From contig CAWFKQ010000008.1 of assembly GCA_963816395.1 (NCBI GenBank), forward strand, positions 128,001 through 192,000: a stretch of 64,000 nt of DNA, in the 5' to 3' direction. Positions 54,629 through 64,000 of the stretch are shown here, piece by piece. Each line of letters starts with the position of its first letter. Position 1 is the first letter of the stretch. Position numbers and translations under genes: made by a program. This DNA comes from an uncultured delta proteobacterium (lineage in GTDB: Bacteria > Desulfobacterota > Desulfuromonadia > Desulfuromonadales > JACZKF01). Below the pieces are notes generated by a model. That model saw nothing but the letters and a program-made list of their open reading frames with translations, searched no databases and was not told the origin of the DNA.

Positions 54629-55591
54629 TTAGATTCCGAGTATGCCCGCCAGGCGCAGAATCATAGCGTCGAGCGGGCGCTGCCCGGCCGCGAAGACCGC
54701 CTCCAGGTCAGTCAGTTGGACGCCGCCGTTGAGCAGCCCGACCATTTTCGCCGACTCCCCCCGCAGCAGCGCCTCGACTGCGGCGACCCCGAACCGCGAT
54801 GCCAACTGCCGATCGAGAAAGGACGGGGAACCGCCGCGCTGGTAGTGGCCGAGGACCATGATGCGCGTATCGAAGCCGATCCTGTCCTTGATCTGATCGG
54901 CTACCTCCTGGGCTCGCCCGGCTCCTTCGGCAACCATGATCAACGAATTGTCGCGACCCTCCTGAAAGCGTCGGTGCAGGACCCGGCAGATCTCATCGAG
55001 GTGGAAGGGGAACTCGGGGATTATGGCGAACTCGGCGCCGCAGGCGACGCTCGCCGCCATGGCCAGAAAACCGCAGTTGCGCCCCATGGTTTCCACCACG
55101 AAGGTGCGGTCGTGGGAGGACGCCGTGTCTTTGAGGCAATCGACGGCGTAGACGATATTGTTCAGGGCCGTATCGACCCCCAGGGCCAGTTCGGTGAAGG
55201 GCAGGTCATTGTCGATGGAGGCGGGGATGCCGATTACCCGTACTCCCAGACGGTGCAAAGCGAGACCGCCGTGCAGGGAACCGTCGCCGCCGATCACCAC
55301 CAGTCCCTCGATGCCTCTCTCCCTGAGGTTGGCGGCGGCTTTCCGCTGGCCAGCCGTCTCATGCATCTCCAGGCAGCGGGCGCTGTGCAGAATGGTGCCG
55401 CCCCGCTGCAGAATATTGCTGACGGTGAGGGTGTTCATCGGCAGAAAATCCCCCTCGATGAGGCCCCGGTAGCCCTTCTCCACCCCCGTCACCTGGCAGC
55501 CCGCGCCCAACGCGGCCCTGACCACTGCCCGGAGGGTAGCATTCATTCCTGAACAGTCGCCGCCGCTGGTCAGTACCCCGATTCGTTTCAT
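54629..55591 (-). CDS. pfkA: ATP-dependent 6-phosphofructokinase
   Basis: IGVLTSGGD, GGTILHSAR, IGGDGS, PASIDND, VETMGR, LGHYQRGG. Confidence 0.95.
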   Translation of the reverse strand: MKRIGVLTSGGDCSGMNATLRAVVRAALGAGCQVTGVEKGYRGLIEGDFLPMNTLTVSNILQRGGTILHSARCLEMHETAGQRKAAANLRERGIEGLVVIGGDGSLHGGLALHRLGVRVIGIPASIDNDLPFTELALGVDTALNNIVYAVDCLKDTASSHDRTFVVETMGRNCGFLAMAASVACGAEFAIIPEFPFHLDEICRVLHRRFQEGRDNSLIMVAEGAGRAQEVADQIKDRIGFDTRIMVLGHYQRGGSPSFLDRQLASRFGVAAVEALLRGESAKMVGLLNGGVQLTDLEAVFAAGQRPLDAMILRLAGILGI

Positions 55592-55698
55592 TGGCGTCTC
55601 CTTCCTGTCTGCTCGCACCCGCCCGGCTGGCCGGGAAGCCATAAAAGATCGATTTAATCATCCCTCCGGAGCTTTGTCAAAGCGAATTATCCCTTGTC

Positions 55699-55726
55699 TT
55701 GACTCCCCTTTGGCGACTGCTATGCT
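55699..55726 (+). promoter_or_regulatory. sigma70-type promoter of the small-gene/lon operon
   Basis: TTGACT-N16-TATGCT with TG extension. Confidence 0.5.
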
Positions 55727-55758
55727 TTTCGAGATCGCAAGATTTGGAGGAAGAACAG

Positions 55759-55989
55759 ATGAACCAGATTGCCCTGGAAGAGCGGCTCACCCGCCTGCAG
55801 AACGAGATCCGTCTGGGGGGCTCGGAGATTGAGCAGCGGTATCTGGAATTGCGGGCGGATCTTGACCGGCTGCGCCTGGAGGTGGCCGCCATCAAGAAGT
55901 TCCTCGGCGCCGCTTTCCCGGCATTTAGCGAACAGTTCCCGCGGATTCTGGCGCAGACCATCGAGGAAGTGAACCCGGAGTTCGAGTGA
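55759..55989 (+). CDS. Small coiled-coil hypothetical protein (76 aa) upstream of lon
   Basis: [28 protein letters not shown]...; 16 nt from the lon start. Confidence 0.7.
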   Translation: MNQIALEERLTRLQNEIRLGGSEIEQRYLELRADLDRLRLEVAAIKKFLGAAFPAFSEQFPRILAQTIEEVNPEFE

Positions 55990-56005
55990 CCCCGGAGGAG
56001 ATCTC

Positions 56006-58417
56006 ATGTACAACCGCCCTCTGACTCTCCCTACCACTGTGCCGATCTACCCCATGCGCGAGCAGGTGGTCTTTCCGCATATGGTCTTCCCTTTGTTCGT
56101 GCCGCCGGGAGGGTTGGCGGCAATCGAGGAAGGGATGCGCGGCGAGCACATGGTGGGACTGGTCGCCGCTCCCGACAGCGATTCCCCCTGCCGTTTCGAA
56201 CAGTTGGCTCGGGTCGGCACCATCTGCCGGATCAACCAGATCTTCCGCTTCCCGGAAGGGGGAGGGAAGGTGGTGGTCGAAGGTCTGCAGCGCATTCGCC
56301 TCCTCACCGCCACCCAGCGGACCCCCTTTTTTATCGCCCGGGTCGAACCCGTGCAGGAAAAGGATAGCCGGGGGCTGGTCGCCGAGGCGCTGGTGCAGAG
56401 CGTCAATGCCCTGCTGAAGATCGCCCTCGCTTACGGCCGGCCCTTGCCCGGGGACGTGATCAAGATGATCGACCAGATCGAGGACCCCGGCCGCCTTGCC
56501 GACCTGGTGGCGGTCTATCTCAATCTGGAGCTGAAAAGCCAACAGCGGTTGCTGGAAATCCTCGATCCCCTGGAGCGGCTGAAGGAGGTGTATCTCCATC
56601 TCACCGGCGAGGTGCAGAAACTGCAGGTGCGCGGCGAGGTGCAGACCGAAGTAGCCAAACGGGTCAACAAGACGCAGAAGGAATACCTGCTGCGCGAGCA
56701 GCTCAAGCAGATCCAGGATGAACTCGGCGAGGAGGACCCGCGGCAGGTGGAGACCAACGAATTCCGCGGCCGCATCATTCGCGCCGGCATGCCGGAGAAC
56801 GTCCGCGGCATTGCCGAGAAGGAGCTCGCCCGCCTGGAACGCATCAATCCCTCCTCGCCGGAGTACACCGTTTCCCGCACCTATCTGGAGTATCTGTGCG
56901 GCGCACCCTGGACCCAGGGCACGGAGGACAACCTGGACATCAACCAGGCGCAGCAGGTGCTGGATGAAGATCATTACGATCTCAAGGAGGTCAAGGAACG
57001 CATTCTGGAGTACCTGGCGGTACGCTCCCTGAAGAAGTCCTCGAAAGGTCCCATCCTCTGCTTCGTCGGCCCGCCAGGGGTGGGAAAGACCTCTCTCGGC
57101 CGTTCCATCGCCCGGGCCATGGGGCGCAAGTTCATCCGCATTTCTCTGGGCGGGATGAAGGATGAGGCGGAGATCCGCGGTCACCGACGCACTTACATCG
57201 GCGCCCTGCCGGGGCGGATCATCCAGGACATCTGCCGGGCCGAGGCCAACAACCCGGTCTTCATGCTCGACGAGGTGGACAAGATCGGCCAGGATTTCCG
57301 CGGCGATCCTGCATCGGCCCTGCTGGAAGTCCTGGACCCGGAGCAAAACCACTCCTTCACCGACCACTATCTGGACGTTCCCTTTGACCTCTCCAAGGTG
57401 ATGTTCATCACCACCGCCAACATCATCGATCCAATCCCGCACGCCCTGCGCGACCGGATGGAGGTCCTCCATCTCTCCGGCTACAGTGACGAGGAGAAGA
57501 AGCAGATCGCCTTCAAGTACCTGATTCCAAAGCAGTTGCAGGAGAACGGTCTGGAAGGGCAGCCGGTCGTCTTCGATGCACCGGGCGTGCTGAAGATCAT
57601 TCAGGATTACACCCGGGAGGCCGGAGTGCGCAACCTGGAACGGCAGCTTGCCTCGATCTGCCGCAAGATCGCCAAGGAAATCACCCAGAGCAAACCGCCC
57701 CGGCAAAGGGTGACGCCGGCCGACGTGGAGAGCCTGCTCGGGCCGCGCAAGTTCTTTTCCGATGTCGCCGGCGAGGAGGACCGCATCGGGGTAGCGACCG
57801 GCCTCGCCTGGACCGAGGCAGGGGGTGATATCTTGTTCGTCGAGGCGTCGCGGATGAACGGCAAGAAGGAATTTCTCCTGACCGGCAGTCTGGGAGAGGT
57901 CATGCAGGAGTCGGCCAAGGCCGCGCTCTCCTTCGTGCGCGCCCATGCCGCCGATTTCGGCATCGAGTCCGATTTCTTCGAGAAGAGCGATATTCATATC
58001 CATGTCCCGGCCGGCGCGATCCCCAAAGACGGTCCGTCGGCCGGCGTTACCATTGCCGCCGCCCTGATCTCCCTCTTTACCGGCCGTCCTGCCCGACGCG
58101 ATGTGGCGATGACCGGAGAACTGACTCTCTCGGGGCGGATTCTGCCGATCGGCGGCGTCAAGGAGAAAGTGCTGGCCGCCCGCCGGGCGGGGGTATCCAC
58201 CATCCTGCTGCCGGCCCGCAACCGGGAGAACCTGCAGGACATTGACGATTATCTCCTCGAAAGCGTCACCGTAAAGTTTATCGATTCCCTGCGCGAGGTG
58301 GTCGAGTATGCTCTCCTCCCCGCCCGCAGCGGCCGTTCCCAGGAAATTTTCCATCCCTCCTACAGCAGCGTTCGGTCGGAACGGGAACCCGGCAATCCTT
58401 CCGGCGTAAGGTCCTGA
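56006..58417 (+). CDS. lon: ATP-dependent protease La
   Basis: LON N-domain, [39 protein letters not shown]. Confidence 0.96.
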   Translation: MYNRPLTLPTTVPIYPMREQVVFPHMVFPLFVPPGGLAAIEEGMRGEHMVGLVAAPDSDSPCRFEQLARVGTICRINQIFRFPEGGGKVVVEGLQRIRLLTATQRTPFFIARVEPVQEKDSRGLVAEALVQSVNALLKIALAYGRPLPGDVIKMIDQIEDPGRLADLVAVYLNLELKSQQRLLEILDPLERLKEVYLHLTGEVQKLQVRGEVQTEVAKRVNKTQKEYLLREQLKQIQDELGEEDPRQVETNEFRGRIIRAGMPENVRGIAEKELARLERINPSSPEYTVSRTYLEYLCGAPWTQGTEDNLDINQAQQVLDEDHYDLKEVKERILEYLAVRSLKKSSKGPILCFVGPPGVGKTSLGRSIARAMGRKFIRISLGGMKDEAEIRGHRRTYIGALPGRIIQDICRAEANNPVFMLDEVDKIGQDFRGDPASALLEVLDPEQNHSFTDHYLDVPFDLSKVMFITTANIIDPIPHALRDRMEVLHLSGYSDEEKKQIAFKYLIPKQLQENGLEGQPVVFDAPGVLKIIQDYTREAGVRNLERQLASICRKIAKEITQSKPPRQRVTPADVESLLGPRKFFSDVAGEEDRIGVATGLAWTEAGGDILFVEASRMNGKKEFLLTGSLGEVMQESAKAALSFVRAHAADFGIESDFFEKSDIHIHVPAGAIPKDGPSAGVTIAAALISLFTGRPARRDVAMTGELTLSGRILPIGGVKEKVLAARRAGVSTILLPARNRENLQDIDDYLLESVTVKFIDSLREVVEYALLPARSGRSQEIFHPSYSSVRSEREPGNPSGVRS

Positions 58418-58522
58418 TTGCCCCGGTGATCTCTTGCGCGGTCCCAGAGGGATTGCGGAAATGAGACCGCCCGGGTAAGATGACCAGAAATTCGGCCTGC
58501 GCCCGTCACGTGAGGACAGTTA

Positions 58523-60076
58523 ATGCAAAGATATTTTTTTCATCGCTTTCTCCTGCTGCCGCTGTTTCTGCTCCTGCTGGTGCCGCCGGCGGCGGCGCAG
58601 AAGCTGGAAGAGAAAGTCCATCAGCATACCTTCGCCAACGGACTGCAGTTGCTGGTCGTCGAGCGCCATGAGGCGCCCACCTTTGCCGCCTACATCACCA
58701 TCAAGGTCGGCTCGGTGGACGAGACCAGCAGAGTTCGCGGGGTCGCGCACCTGCTCGAGCACATGATGTTCAAGGGGACGAAAACCATCGGCACTACCAA
58801 TTGGCAGGAGGAAAAGCCGATCCTGGAGAAGATCGTCAAGGTCGGCTCCGAGCTCGACCTGCTGCAAGAGCAGCCGGACGCCGATCCGCAGCGGCTTGCC
58901 GAGCTGCGCCGGCAGTTGAACGAGCTGCAGGCGCAGGAGCGCAAGTACATCGTCAAGGACGAGTTCTCCCGCATCTACGGCGAGAACGGCGGTGTCGGCT
59001 TCAACGCCTTCACCACCAGGGACCTGACCACCTATGTCGTTTCCCTGCCGGCCAACAAGCTCGAACTCTGGGCGGCGATCGAGTCGGATCGCATGCAGAA
59101 TGCCGTGCTGCGCGAGTTCTACACGGAGCGGGAAGTGGTCATGGAGGAGCGCCGCCGCTCCTACGACAGCGACCCGAACGGCACCCTGTATGAGAACCTG
59201 ATCGCCAACGCCTTCATCATGCACCCTTACCGCCATCCGACCATCGGCTGGATGTCCGACGTGCAGAATCTCACTTTTGATGAGACGAGCAATTTCCTGC
59301 ACAGCTACTATGCCCCGGTGAACGCGGTTATTGCCCTGGTGGGCGATATCGATACGGAAAAGGCGGTGCAGGTGGTGGAGAAGTATTTCGGCCAGATCCC
59401 GCCGGGAAAACCGGTGCCGCCGGTCGTCGCCGATGAGCCGCCGCAGAGAGGGGAGAAGCGCGTCGCCATCGATTTCGATGCCGAGCCGCAGCTCGCCATC
59501 GCCTATCACAAACCGACTCTGCCGGCGCAGGACGACTATGTTTTCGACCTCATCGACCTAATCCTCGCCGGCGGACGCACCAGCCGCCTCTATCAGTCGC
59601 TGGTGGTCAAGCAGGGACTGGCCACCGCGGTGAGCACCTCCGGTGCTCCGGGCGCCCGTTATCCCAATCTCTTCATGATCAGCGCCGTTCCCCGTTATCC
59701 CCATACCACCCAGGAGGTGGAGCAGGCGATCTACCGGGAACTGGACCGCCTGGGGCGAGAGCCGGTACCGCCGGAGGAGATGCAAAAAGCCCTCAACCGC
59801 CTGCGCACCGACCGCCTGCGCTACTTGCAGGAGGATAACGGCCTGGCCCGCATGCTGACTTACTATCAGACGGTCGCCGGCGACTGGCGATACCTGGTGA
59901 CCTACGATGAGGTCGTCTCCAAGATCACCGCCGACAAGGTGATGCAGGTCGCCGCCCAGTATTTCCGCCCGGAAAACCGCACGGTGGCGATTCTGCACCG
60001 GACGGAAACCGGAGGGGAAACGGCGCAGAAGGCGCCGCTGGGAGGATATAAAGGGGCAGAAGGGGGAAAACCATGA
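58523..60076 (+). CDS. M16 peptidase, catalytic subunit with signal peptide
   Basis: AHLLEHMMFKGT (HxxEH), NAFTT, EREVVMEERR, YYAPVNA. Confidence 0.92.
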   Translation: MQRYFFHRFLLLPLFLLLLVPPAAAQKLEEKVHQHTFANGLQLLVVERHEAPTFAAYITIKVGSVDETSRVRGVAHLLEHMMFKGTKTIGTTNWQEEKPILEKIVKVGSELDLLQEQPDADPQRLAELRRQLNELQAQERKYIVKDEFSRIYGENGGVGFNAFTTRDLTTYVVSLPANKLELWAAIESDRMQNAVLREFYTEREVVMEERRRSYDSDPNGTLYENLIANAFIMHPYRHPTIGWMSDVQNLTFDETSNFLHSYYAPVNAVIALVGDIDTEKAVQVVEKYFGQIPPGKPVPPVVADEPPQRGEKRVAIDFDAEPQLAIAYHKPTLPAQDDYVFDLIDLILAGGRTSRLYQSLVVKQGLATAVSTSGAPGARYPNLFMISAVPRYPHTTQEVEQAIYRELDRLGREPVPPEEMQKALNRLRTDRLRYLQEDNGLARMLTYYQTVAGDWRYLVTYDEVVSKITADKVMQVAAQYFRPENRTVAILHRTETGGETAQKAPLGGYKGAEGGKP

Positions 60077-61503
60077 GACGCCGGCTGCATCTACTGCTCA
60101 GTCTTTTTCTGCTGCTGCCCCTGCTCGGCTGCACCGGCCATCCGGCGGCGGAGAGTCCGGTCAGGAATCTCTCCTTTCCGCCCCTGGAGTTCCACGTGCC
60201 GCAGGTGGAGCGCCTGACGCTTCCGAACGGCATCCGCCTGTACCTCAAGGAAGACCATGAACTGCCACTGGTGGCGGTCACGGCCATGATGGGGGCGGGT
60301 TCGATCAGCGTGCCGGCGGAAAAAACCGGTATGGGGGCACTGCTGGCCGCCCTGCTGCGCACCGGCGGCGCCGGGGAACTCTCGCCGGCGCAGGTGGACG
60401 AGGCCCTGGCGCGGCTGGCGGCCAACCTCGCCGTCAGCACCGATACCTACACCACTAATTTCAACCTTTCGCTGCAGACCAAGGATCTGGACAGGGGGAT
60501 GGCCGTTCTGGCCGATATGATGCGCCGCCCGCGGTTCGCTCCCGACCGCCTGGAACTGGCCCGGCAGCAGGCGATCGAGGCGGTGCGGAGGGAGAACGAC
60601 GAGCCGGGCTCGATCGCCTCCCGGGCGCTGATGAAAGCCATTTACGGCGACCATCCTCTCGGCCGCAGCCCCACCGTGGCCAGCCTCCAGGCGGTGCAGC
60701 GCGATGACTTGCAAGACTTCCACCAGCGGTATTTTCATCCCAACAACCTCTGGCTGGCGATTTCCGGGGATTTCCGGCGCGAGGAGCTGCTGCAGCTGCT
60801 CACCAGGGTTTTCGGCGACTGGCCGCAGGGGCAGTTCACCGCGCAGAAAATCCCGCCGGTCACCGCCGAACCACGGCCGGTGGTGCTGGTGGCGGACAAA
60901 TCGATTCCCCAGACCACCATCCTCATGGGTGAGCTCGGGATCGACAAATCGTCCCCCGACCTTTTCCCGGTGCGGGTGATGAACTACATCCTGGGGGGCG
61001 GCGGCTTCAACTCCCGCCTGATGAGTGAGGTGCGTTCCAATCGCGGTCTCGCCTACTCCGTCTATTCCTATTACCAGGTCGGCCGGCGCCTTCCCGGCCC
61101 CTTCATCGCCGGCACCGAGACCAAAACCAGCACCACCCTGGAAGCGGTACGCCTGATGCGGGAGATCATGGAGAAGATGCGGCAGGCGCCGGTGAGCGAA
61201 AAAGAACTGAAGCTTGCCAAGGAAAGCCTCATCAATTCCTTCGTTTTCGCCTTCAACAACACCCATTCCGTTGTCACCCAGCAGATGATCCTGGATTATT
61301 ACGATTATCCCCCGGACTACCTGCAGACTTATCGCGACCGGGTAGCGGCGGTGACCGCCGAAGACGTACTGAAGGCTGCCCAAAAGCATCTGCACCCCGA
61401 ACGGGAAAGCGTCGTCCTGGTAGGCGACCGGGAAGATTTCGCCGCCTCCCCCGCCAGCCTGGGCATGCCGGTCGAGCCGGTCAAGCTGAATGGAAACCAG
61501 TAG
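60073..61503 (+). CDS. M16 peptidase, non-catalytic partner (lipoprotein)
   Basis: LLGC lipobox, no HxxEH, LGGGGFNSRL...RGLAYSV; ATGA overlap with the upstream gene. Confidence 0.9.
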   Translation: MRRRLHLLLSLFLLLPLLGCTGHPAAESPVRNLSFPPLEFHVPQVERLTLPNGIRLYLKEDHELPLVAVTAMMGAGSISVPAEKTGMGALLAALLRTGGAGELSPAQVDEALARLAANLAVSTDTYTTNFNLSLQTKDLDRGMAVLADMMRRPRFAPDRLELARQQAIEAVRRENDEPGSIASRALMKAIYGDHPLGRSPTVASLQAVQRDDLQDFHQRYFHPNNLWLAISGDFRREELLQLLTRVFGDWPQGQFTAQKIPPVTAEPRPVVLVADKSIPQTTILMGELGIDKSSPDLFPVRVMNYILGGGGFNSRLMSEVRSNRGLAYSVYSYYQVGRRLPGPFIAGTETKTSTTLEAVRLMREIMEKMRQAPVSEKELKLAKESLINSFVFAFNNTHSVVTQQMILDYYDYPPDYLQTYRDRVAAVTAEDVLKAAQKHLHPERESVVLVGDREDFAASPASLGMPVEPVKLNGNQ

Positions 61504-61616
61504 GTGGCTCGCGGCAGCGCGGCTAACGAGCATAGCGAGTTACGGATTCGGTAATTTCAACCTCGCTATCGACAAGCCGTCATAGCCGGCACTGTTACCT
61601 CTAGCCCGCCTTAATT

Positions 61617-62232
61617 ATGGACCTCTTCCTTGCTTTCGCCGTGCAGCTGTTCATCATCGTCGATCCCATCGCCGGGGCGCCGCTTTTTCTCGCCATCACC
61701 CCCCGGAACACTTCCGCCGAGCGTCGGGCCATGGCCCGGCGCGGTTGCCTGGCGGCCTTTCCTGGTGATCGTCTTCTTCCTCCTCTGCGGTCCTTTCATC
61801 CTCGACTACCTGGGCATCCAAACGCCGGCTGTGCGCATCTGCGGCGGCATCCTGCTGTTCGTCATCGCCCTGGAAATGCTCTACGGGCGTTTTACCGGCA
61901 CCGGCACCAGCCCGCAGGAAGAGCGTCTGGCGGGAGAGAAAGCGGATATCTCCATCACCCCCCTGGCCATACCCCTGCTCGCCGGGCCGGGCGCCATTAC
62001 CACCGCTTTGATCTTCGCCGGCCGTGCCCGGACCGTTCTTGCCTACCTGGCGCTGCTGGCCGCCTGCGCCCTGATCTTCGCCGTCACCTACTTTTCTCTT
62101 CGCCAGGCCGATCTGCTGGTGCGGCTGATCGGCAATCTGGGGGCGGCCATCCTCACCCGGATCATGGGTCTGGTTCTGGCTTTCCTCGCCGTGCAGTACA
62201 CGGTGGACGGCCTGCAGGCGGTTTTTCGCTGA
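61617..62232 (+). CDS. MarC-family membrane protein, frameshift near 61755
   Basis: LFIIVDPI, GGILLF, PLAIPLLAGPGAIT, RIMGLVLA. Confidence 0.88.
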
Positions 62233-62375
62233 AGGAGTTTTTCCGCGGGTCTGCAGTGGGCGGGAATGGCGAATCGTGCCGGTGTCTGGACGGTAAAGAA
62301 TTTTAAACATTGAAAATCGCCCGGCTTGTGATCTAATTAACAATAATTTCTGTTATTTGCCTGGGAGGGAATGTC

Positions 62376-62783
62376 ATGCAGATGGATGTGCTGGCGCTCA
62401 TCGCCACAATTGTTTTCGTGTTGATCGCTATCTTCCTGATTCCGGTTCTTCTGCAAATCAAGCAAACCATCCAGCGGGTCGACGAATTCGTCGGTCTGGC
62501 CCAACGGGACATTCTGCCGCTGCTGCAGGAGATGCGGGAGACCTCGGAGAACCTGAAGAAGATTTCCCTGGAAACGCAACGGGATATGGTCAAGGTTCGC
62601 CCCATTTTCGATTCGCTGGAGGAGACCGGGGAGATGGTTCATAACATCACCACCGTTATGAACAGCGGAGTCGGCCGGATGCTGGGCCGCTCCCTCGGGA
62701 CCTGGCTGGGCATGCGGGCGGCACGTAAGGCTTTTACTCATGAGTTGAAGGAAAAAACAAAGGAGGTAAATGGTCATGGCTGA
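62376..62783 (+). CDS. DUF948-like membrane-anchored helical protein
   Basis: N-terminal TM (FLIPVLLQIKQT) plus coiled coil; upstream of a YtxH gene. Confidence 0.75.
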   Translation: MQMDVLALIATIVFVLIAIFLIPVLLQIKQTIQRVDEFVGLAQRDILPLLQEMRETSENLKKISLETQRDMVKVRPIFDSLEETGEMVHNITTVMNSGVGRMLGRSLGTWLGMRAARKAFTHELKEKTKEVNGHG

Positions 62784-63168
62784 TGAAGACAGGAGAAACG
62801 GCGGTTCGACTTTTCTGACATTTATGATGGGCGCGGCGATCGGCGGCGGCCTGGCCTTTCTGTTCGCTCCCCGTTCGGGGGCGGAGACGCGGGAAATGAT
62901 GCGGCAGATGGCCGATGATGCCCGCAATCGCGCGCGTGACGCGGTTGATGAGGCCCGCAATCGCGCGCGCGAGGCGATCGATGAGGCGGAAAATCGGGTG
63001 CGGCGGACGGTGGAGGAAGGGAGGGCCGTCTTAGAGGAGAAAAAAGCCGCTATCAAGGCGGCGGCGGAGGCCGGCCGCGAGGCCTACCACGAACAAAAGG
63101 AAGCGGTCATGGCGGCAGCCACCGCCGGTCAGCAGGCGTTACGGGCCGAACGCTCCGAAGATACCTGA
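62776..63168 (+). CDS. YtxH-domain protein
   Basis: FMMGAAIGGGLAFLFAPRSGAETR. Confidence 0.88.
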   Translation: MADEDRRNGGSTFLTFMMGAAIGGGLAFLFAPRSGAETREMMRQMADDARNRARDAVDEARNRAREAIDEAENRVRRTVEEGRAVLEEKKAAIKAAAEAGREAYHEQKEAVMAAATAGQQALRAERSEDT

Positions 63169-63245
63169 TTAAATGGCTGTCGGCAAGCCCACCCGCCCGG
63201 TGGGCTTGCCGTTTCCTGTATTCTCTTTTCGTATCGTCCTGGTAA

Positions 63246-64000
63246 ATGGCCAGTCTCAAGGATAAGTTTCACCGGCTCCGGACCTTTCTGCGCCAGGGGA
63301 TCTGGGAGGTCGAGAGCAGCGGCATGCCCCTCTCCCGCCGTCTTTTCCTGCGCCAGGGGCAGATTGTCATTCTGACGCTGCGGGAATTCTACGCCGACGC
63401 CTGCATGCTGCGGGCCTCCGCCCTGACCTATACCACCCTGCTTTCCCTGGTTCCCCTGTTGGCCCTCACCTTTGCCCTGCTCAGCGGCCTGGGGGTGCAG
63501 AAAACCCTGCAGCCGATCATCCTGCGCAAGATCACCGTCGGCTCGCAGGAGCTCGTCAACCAGATCATCACTTACATCAACAATACCAGCGCCAGCCGCC
63601 TGGGGGCGGCCGGGCTGATCACCCTTATGGTGACGGTGGTATTCCTGCTGCTCAACGTGGAGGACAGCTTTAATCACGTCTGGGGAGTCAAGGAAACGCG
63701 TCCGTTTTTCCGCCGCTTCGCCGATTACACGACCCTGCTGCTGCTCGGGCCGGTTTTTCTTTTCATCGCCATTTCCATGACCAGCACCCTGGAGAGCCAG
63801 TCCCTGGTGCAGACGATCATGGGGCAGGCGGTGATCGGGCCGATCGTCATCTTTCTCTTCCGCGTTCTTCCCTACCTGCTGATGTGGGCCGTCTTCACCT
63901 TCCTCTACCTCATCATGCCGAATGTCAAGGTGCGCATCCAGGCGGCCGTGATCGGCGGTATTTTTGGCGGAACGCTGTGGCAGCTGGCGCAATGGGGGTA
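63246..64000 (+). CDS. YihY/BrkB-family membrane protein, runs off the right edge
   Basis: Manual translation: LRASALTYTTLLSLVPLL, VEDSFNHVW, FLYLIMPNVKV. Confidence 0.88.
   Translation, partial: MASLKDKFHRLRTFLRQGIWEVESSGMPLSRRLFLRQGQIVILTLREFYADACMLRASALTYTTLLSLVPLLALTFALLSGLGVQKTLQPIILRKITVGSQELVNQIITYINNTSASRLGAAGLITLMVTVVFLLLNVEDSFNHVWGVKETRPFFRRFADYTTLLLLGPVFLFIAISMTSTLESQSLVQTIMGQAVIGPIVIFLFRVLPYLLMWAVFTFLYLIMPNVKVRIQAAVIGGIFGGTLWQLAQWG

Noticed and set aside
61504..61610. Weak inverted repeat (ATAGCGAG/CTCGCTAT) resembling the short-period repeat hairpins
   Set aside because: Too degenerate to define a unit or boundaries by eye.

Overview
GC-rich chromosomal segment whose gene content and regulatory motifs point to a Desulfuromonadales (Desulfuromonas/Geobacter-like) bacterium; this is inference, not a database result. 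Many genes are split by 1-nt indels in a patchy pattern, most likely long-read or metagenome consensus errors. Left to right: DUF1451 Zn-ribbon gene; glgC; YyaL-like thioredoxin-domain gene; two tandem candidate sRNAs with anti-Shine-Dalgarno loops; a four-gene operon (two Ddl-like ATP-grasp ligases, a GNAT and a lysine 2,3-aminomutase-like radical SAM enzyme) behind a long structured leader; a membrane-anchored XRE regulator; sdh/frdCAB; ispB; a sigma54 two-component system with a DASS transporter; a type I restriction-modification island interleaved with YhcG, four-helix-bundle and M48 genes; small accessory genes; a DEAD-box helicase and CvfB; a SorAB-like molybdoenzyme/cytochrome pair; an M16 protease; hypF; a sigma54 module driving a HAF-repeat protein; a PilZ/HD-GYP/hybrid kinase block; pfkA; lon; an M16 pair; marC; DUF948/YtxH/YihY. 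Best candidates for undescribed biology are the beta-lysine/ATP-grasp/GNAT operon with its RBS-sequestering leader, the adjacent twin sRNAs, and covarying palindromes inside yhcG. I found no rRNA, tRNA, CRISPR array or transposase.
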